Source: a virus
IMG/VR virus record: IMGVR_UViG_3300030098_003955
Strand: one strand, 5' to 3'
Length of the DNA stretch: 64,000 nucleotides
Shown: piece by piece, positions 60,544-64,000 of the stretch
Numbering within the stretch: the first letter of the stretch is position 1
Layout of the letters: each line of letters opens with the position of its first letter
The notes under the pieces: generated by a model
What the model was told of the DNA's origin: nothing
The model's database searches: none
The model's input: only the letters and a program-made list of their open reading frames with translations
Made by a program: the position numbers and the translations under genes

Positions 60544-61331
60544 TAATCGTTGTCCTTAACAGTATCCGGTGTTAAAAAAGGTTGGTCTACCATATTGTCT
60601 TCGTATGTATGGTATTCTGACATTCTAGCTTTTTCATTAGCCATAGCCATCCGCATTTTTTCCATCTTCATGCCGAGTTCTTGCCGAACCTCGCTATTAG
60701 ACATGAGGTTTCTTACCCATCCAATGAACGTTTGCTTGGAATCCTCTAGGCGTTTTATACGCTGTTCTCTGGTGGCTTTTAAATCCTTGAGCATTGAGCC
60801 CTTTTTGGTTTGTAAGTCTCTGTAATCGCGCGACAGGCTGTCAAACGCGGCTCTAGCGACTGCTATCTGTCTTTCTAGGTTAAACAGGTAGTCTCTGTCC
60901 TGATCTTCAATGGGTTTTCCTTTTTCGTCAGTAATCATCTGCTCATACATTGAGATATCGTTCATATTTATCTGCTGTTGTTTGAGAGCGCGATTCATGA
61001 GTACTTCAAGCTTCACGGCGTCAAGAACTTGTAATTCTTCCGTTGGTAGAACATCATCACGGAATTGACTGATAATTCTCTGCCAGTGATAAATAACAGT
61101 CTCAAGCTCTTCTTCAGAGAATTGTTGTGTCAGATCTCTCCAAAACGGGCGCTTCTTGAGATCATATATGTCTTTGTCAGATATAGCACCATGAGTTTTT
61201 ATAATATAAGAACCTATACTGTCAGGATCTCTATCTAACTCAGTGGCTATTTGTTGTACTGAGAGCTTTTCAAAGTTTTCTTTTATAAATGCCTGCTCGG
61301 ATTTAGAAAATCTACCCTTCTTCATAGTCAT
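60543..61331 (-). CDS. HTH plus coiled-coil protein, possible terminase small subunit
   Basis: N-terminal FSKSEQAFIKEN...VQQIATELDR HTH-like segment and a long coiled coil; lies a few genes upstream of terL. Confidence 0.5.
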   Translation of the reverse strand: MTMKKGRFSKSEQAFIKENFEKLSVQQIATELDRDPDSIGSYIIKTHGAISDKDIYDLKKRPFWRDLTQQFSEEELETVIYHWQRIISQFRDDVLPTEELQVLDAVKLEVLMNRALKQQQINMNDISMYEQMITDEKGKPIEDQDRDYLFNLERQIAVARAAFDSLSRDYRDLQTKKGSMLKDLKATREQRIKRLEDSKQTFIGWVRNLMSNSEVRQELGMKMEKMRMAMANEKARMSEYHTYEDNMVDQPFLTPDTVKDND

Positions 61332-61863
61332 ATCCTCCTTCTTTGAGAATATCTTTTATGCGGGCAAATATTTCTTCCCGCTTTTGTTTGGGTACATACA
61401 CATCATCTCTTATTCTTAGATAATCTGCACGTAGAGATATATCTAATTCTTCGTCGATGAGTTCAAGCATCTCATTTACAGTAATGAGATCAACTTCGTC
61501 AAAGAAGACTTTCATGTTATCTTCTTCTTCGTCACGAATATAATCAATATCAAGAGGTTCCATTAGGAACTTCTTGCTATTGTTAAGCATTTGTGTGCGT
61601 TCATCGTTTTCTTTTTTGGTTTGCCGGTAATATTTATCGCGCTTAAAGTTATTAAGCCTATTTTTTATATGTACGGCTAAAAAGTTTTCTAATGGGCGAG
61701 CTTCGTCATATCTGTTCAAAGCTTCCATTCCGATGATTATAGCTTCTTGCTTGATGTCTTCGGCAGTATAGTAGCCGAATCTGAACTTGTGGGCGTATCT
61801 AGAGGCAACTCTCTCGATTATCTCAAGAACTTGTTGCTCCGTCATTCCCTTCGGTATCTTCAT
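61312..61863 (-). CDS. Phage sigma-70-family factor (region 2), probable late sigma
   Basis: VASRY...AEDIKQEA.I..MEALNRYD..RPLENFL..HIKNRL.N..R matches sigma region 2. The likely start is ATG 61863 (track gives 61908). Confidence 0.8.
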   Translation of the reverse strand: MKIPKGMTEQQVLEIIERVASRYAHKFRFGYYTAEDIKQEAIIIGMEALNRYDEARPLENFLAVHIKNRLNNFKRDKYYRQTKKENDERTQMLNNSKKFLMEPLDIDYIRDEEEDNMKVFFDEVDLITVNEMLELIDEELDISLRADYLRIRDDVYVPKQKREEIFARIKDILKEGGYDYEEG

Positions 61864-61981
61864 CTTTGAATAAAGCTTCTGCCTTTTCTTCTTCGGGGTC
61901 AGGTACATTTAATTCTTCTTCTACCTGCCTCTCTAGATCAAGGCTCGCTTTAGCGGTCAATCTAGTTTCTATTTTCTTCAT
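61823..61981 (-). CDS. Small acidic protein, 52 aa (below the track cutoff)
   Basis: MKKIETRLTAKASLDLERQVEEELNVPDPEEEK...; TAAGGT SD; first gene after the promoter motif at 62022. Confidence 0.55.
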   Translation of the reverse strand: MKKIETRLTAKASLDLERQVEEELNVPDPEEEKAEALFKDEDTEGNDGATSS

Positions 61982-62021
61982 TGTATTACCTTATTGTTGT
62001 ATAAAACGCTATGGCTAATGT

Positions 62022-62030
62022 ATTATACAC
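62022..62030 (-). promoter_or_regulatory. Putative late promoter GTGTATAAT at the head of the minus-strand module
   Basis: At the strand-switch point, upstream of 61981 and the sigma gene. Confidence 0.6.
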
Positions 62031-62044
62031 TTGGAGCAGAAAAT

Positions 62045-62266
62045 ATGGTACGGAAACTAAGTGACAACGAACACGACTTCATTAAGAAGATGTCTGGAAT
62101 TTATTCAGATAGCATGATGGCTGACGAGCTTACAAGGATAAGATACAGCATCGGCGAGAAGGATAGGGTCACAATAGACCAAGTACGTAAGTCAAGATAC
62201 AAACAAAACATAAAAAAGACTAAGGGAAGTGGAAAATGTCTAAGAGAGAAGAAGAGAGGTATGTAG
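62045..62266 (+). CDS. Small basic putative DNA-binding (HTH-like) protein
   Basis: ATG 62045 with a GGAG SD; LSDNEHDFIKK...SDSMMADEL...VTIDQVRKSR resembles the N-terminus of 60543..61331. Confidence 0.6.
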   Translation: MVRKLSDNEHDFIKKMSGIYSDSMMADELTRIRYSIGEKDRVTIDQVRKSRYKQNIKKTKGSGKCLREKKRGM

Positions 62267-62703
62267 AAATACCTTTAAGTGGCATAAGAGGAGCTGGTAA
62301 GGCTGCTAAAGTTAGTCCAGAAGATTATCCATACCTCAGTGCGCATAGCTGGCATATGAACAAGAATGGGTATGCTGTTAGTAAAATAAAAGGAAGCCAC
62401 AGGTCTATGCACAGGATGGTTCTCGGAACTACCAATCCGTATGTGTTTGTTGACCATATCGACAAAGATCGTCTTAATAATACCCGAGATAACCTCAGAG
62501 AGCTCACTCCCAAAGAAAATGCGAATAATATGAAGTCCAATGTCAAGATAGAGGCATTCGGCGAGGAGAAGAACATATCCGAGTGGGTGGACGACGAGAG
62601 ATGTGAAGTATCATATGCCGCATTTTATAATCGGCTTAAAAAGGGTATACACCCTGAGATGGCAATGCAAAAGGCGGGGAATAGACGGGCGCTAGATGCG
62701 TAA
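62236..62703 (+). CDS. HNH homing-type endonuclease
   Basis: W..NKNGYA...MHRMV...VDHID.DRLNN.R.NLR plus a C-terminal EAFGEEKNISEW...RLKKG DNA-binding-like module. Confidence 0.88.
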   Translation: MSKREEERYVEIPLSGIRGAGKAAKVSPEDYPYLSAHSWHMNKNGYAVSKIKGSHRSMHRMVLGTTNPYVFVDHIDKDRLNNTRDNLRELTPKENANNMKSNVKIEAFGEEKNISEWVDDERCEVSYAAFYNRLKKGIHPEMAMQKAGNRRALDA

Positions 62704-62881
62704 CCCGTATGAGCCTCCAAAAACAGAGGATAACAAAGTAAGAGATCGTTGGGGCGAGGTGCATCGGCCAGATGTAGTCGATTGGTTTGATTTCTTTTGG
62801 ATCGTTGTGATCCTTTTTATTATATTCTTCGGTCCGTTTCTGAGTAAGATGTTGGTGGATTGGCTAAGTAATAGGCGTTAG
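62696..62881 (+). CDS. Small membrane protein with an N-terminal NPYEPP motif
   Basis: 61 aa; one TM segment FFWIVVILFIIFFGPFL. Confidence 0.7.
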   Translation: MRNPYEPPKTEDNKVRDRWGEVHRPDVVDWFDFFWIVVILFIIFFGPFLSKMLVDWLSNRR

Positions 62882-63125
62882 CAGTAAGGTTTAGCTAATA
62901 CTTTTGCTTTGCAAGGGCTGTACTGTGAATGAACCACCCCCCAAAAAAAGAAAAAAAAGACTACTATACGACTTAAACAAATTAGTACCCGTGGCCATGA
63001 TGAGACACAGTATCAATAGCATACTACCAGCAATTATTTTCTTTATTTTCTAGAATTATCCGGCATGGCTGAACATAGGTGCTATGTTTTAATAGTTCAC
63101 TAAACAAACAGACAAGGAAAACACA

Positions 63126-63236
63126 ATGTACACTCCCGAAGAGATGATGATTATCGCTGTTACTATTTTCATTGGTTTTGTCTATTCTATGGCATGGGCA
63201 GAAAAACAAAATCGAAAGAAAAACAAAATAAACTAA
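63126..63236 (+). CDS. 36-aa single-TM peptide
   Basis: AAGGA SD; MYTPEEMMIIAVTIFIGFVYSMAWAEKQNRKKNKIN. Confidence 0.5.
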   Translation: MYTPEEMMIIAVTIFIGFVYSMAWAEKQNRKKNKIN

Positions 63237-63306
63237 AAACGTTCTCAAATGCCTATTTTTATAGGCTTAAATGAATGTCATAAAATAAAGTTTTTTGCTA
63301 ATGTGC

Positions 63307-63334
63307 TTGACTTTATCGTGCCGATAATTATAAT
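63307..63334 (+). promoter_or_regulatory. Sigma70-type (early) promoter
   Basis: TTGACT-16 nt-TATAAT upstream of the ORF at 63374. Confidence 0.7.
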
Positions 63335-63373
63335 AGAAAGTATAACAAACAACGTTCTTGAAAGGGACACGAC

Positions 63374-63544
63374 ATGACACGCAATGAAGCTAAACTGAAA
63401 CTGTTCACGACTAACCGACAAATTGAAGCGAAAGTCAACGAACACGCTAGCGCACGGTCACGCTATAAGAAAACTGAGATAATGAACGAATTGGAATTTC
63501 TTTGGGCTAGAAAAAAAACTTTGTTAAAAATAATAAATAGTTAG
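63374..63544 (+). CDS. Small basic hypothetical protein, 56 aa
   Basis: AAAGGGA SD; MTRNEAKLKLFTTNRQIEAK...LLKIINS; promoter upstream. Confidence 0.6.
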   Translation: MTRNEAKLKLFTTNRQIEAKVNEHASARSRYKKTEIMNELEFLWARKKTLLKIINS

Positions 63545-63550
63545 GTTAGT

Positions 63551-63567
63551 GTGACCTAATGTGTCAC
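63551..63567. promoter_or_regulatory. Operator-like palindrome GTGAC-N7-GTCAC, copy 1
   Basis: GTGACCTAATGTGTCAC; 16/17 identical to the copy at 63870. Confidence 0.7.
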
Positions 63568-63625
63568 GACCATATGCGATAATACATATATAAGAGATTA
63601 AGAAAACGTTTTTCGGAGAAACAAA

Positions 63626-63853
63626 ATGCCACAGTTAAACACAGAATCACCGACCTACATCAAAGACACAATGACCCGAATCTCATTGGCGCTAGGCTAT
63701 GACGGTGAAAGCAACCAGCAATGCTGGGATTGGATGTACGCATTAGCCAACCGTTACGGTTGGGATGGCATAGACGAAAGAATGTATGCTTTCTTGACGT
63801 GTTACGACAATACGGGCTACTTGGCTATGAGTAAAGAATTCAGGAAAAAATAA
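63626..63853 (+). CDS. Hypothetical protein
   Basis: 75 aa with a GGAG SD, preceded by the palindrome cassette. Confidence 0.7.
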   Translation: MPQLNTESPTYIKDTMTRISLALGYDGESNQQCWDWMYALANRYGWDGIDERMYAFLTCYDNTGYLAMSKEFRKK

Positions 63854-63869
63854 ATAATTATTGCCCTGA

Positions 63870-63886
63870 GTGACCTAACGTGTCAC
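63870..63886. promoter_or_regulatory. Operator-like palindrome GTGAC-N7-GTCAC, copy 2
   Basis: GTGACCTAACGTGTCAC with the same downstream layout as copy 1. Confidence 0.7.
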
Positions 63887-63940
63887 ACCCCTAGCCAATA
63901 ATATACATATAACAATTAAACGTTTTTTGGAGAAAACAAA

Positions 63941-64000
63941 ATGAACAAGTTCACTACAAATCAATTCGCTGAAGAAACCACTGCCGCCGATATCTATGAG
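63941..64000 (+). CDS. Hypothetical protein, 5' part only
   Basis: GGAG SD then ATG; MNKFTTNQFAEETTAADIYE open to the window end. Confidence 0.55.
   Translation, partial: MNKFTTNQFAEETTAADIYE

Larger units (their letters stand above)
1..64000. mobile_element. Segment of a large tailed bacteriophage genome (packaging, head and tail module plus the start of a divergent small-gene region)
   Basis: Canonical order terminase-portal-protease-capsid-neck-tail tube-chaperones-tape measure-tail tip on one strand. Genes are tightly packed or overlapping, and no bacterial housekeeping context or integrase was seen. Confidence 0.95.

Noticed and set aside
63024-63248. 74-aa minus-strand ORF
   Set aside because: Antisense to a plus-strand peptide with a good SD, in a region where all other genes are on the plus strand.

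Overview
The whole window is part of a large tailed-phage (Caudoviricetes) genome, probably siphovirus-like: no sheath gene was recognised and the tape measure protein is 2154 aa. From ~62,000 down to position 1 almost everything is one minus-strand late module. In order it carries a phage sigma factor, putative small terminase, gmd, HNH and ERCC4 nucleases, large terminase, portal, protease/scaffold, decoration protein, major capsid, fibre and beta-helix genes, a PRTase-HAD/methyltransferase/sulfotransferase cluster, neck genes, tail tube, chaperones, tape measure and very large tail-tip proteins. The last of these is a Cys-rich ORF of at least 3756 codons (11269 to <2). It runs off the window and is missing from the ORF track. 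After ~62,040 the genes switch to the plus strand: small genes, an HNH endonuclease and repeated promoter/operator cassettes. The most notable observations are: (1) a PD-(D/E)xK-like cargo segment inside the tape measure protein, bracketed by repeated DSVPAxLTPGEFV modules; (2) the giant Cys-rich protein; (3) a six-copy GTGTATA(A/T/C)T promoter-like motif together with a short sigma factor; (4) glycan-tailoring enzymes embedded among Ser/Thr-rich virion genes; (5) a tandem paralog cassette with one copy split by a 1-nt frameshift. All calls come from reading motifs and gene order by eye; no database searches were run.
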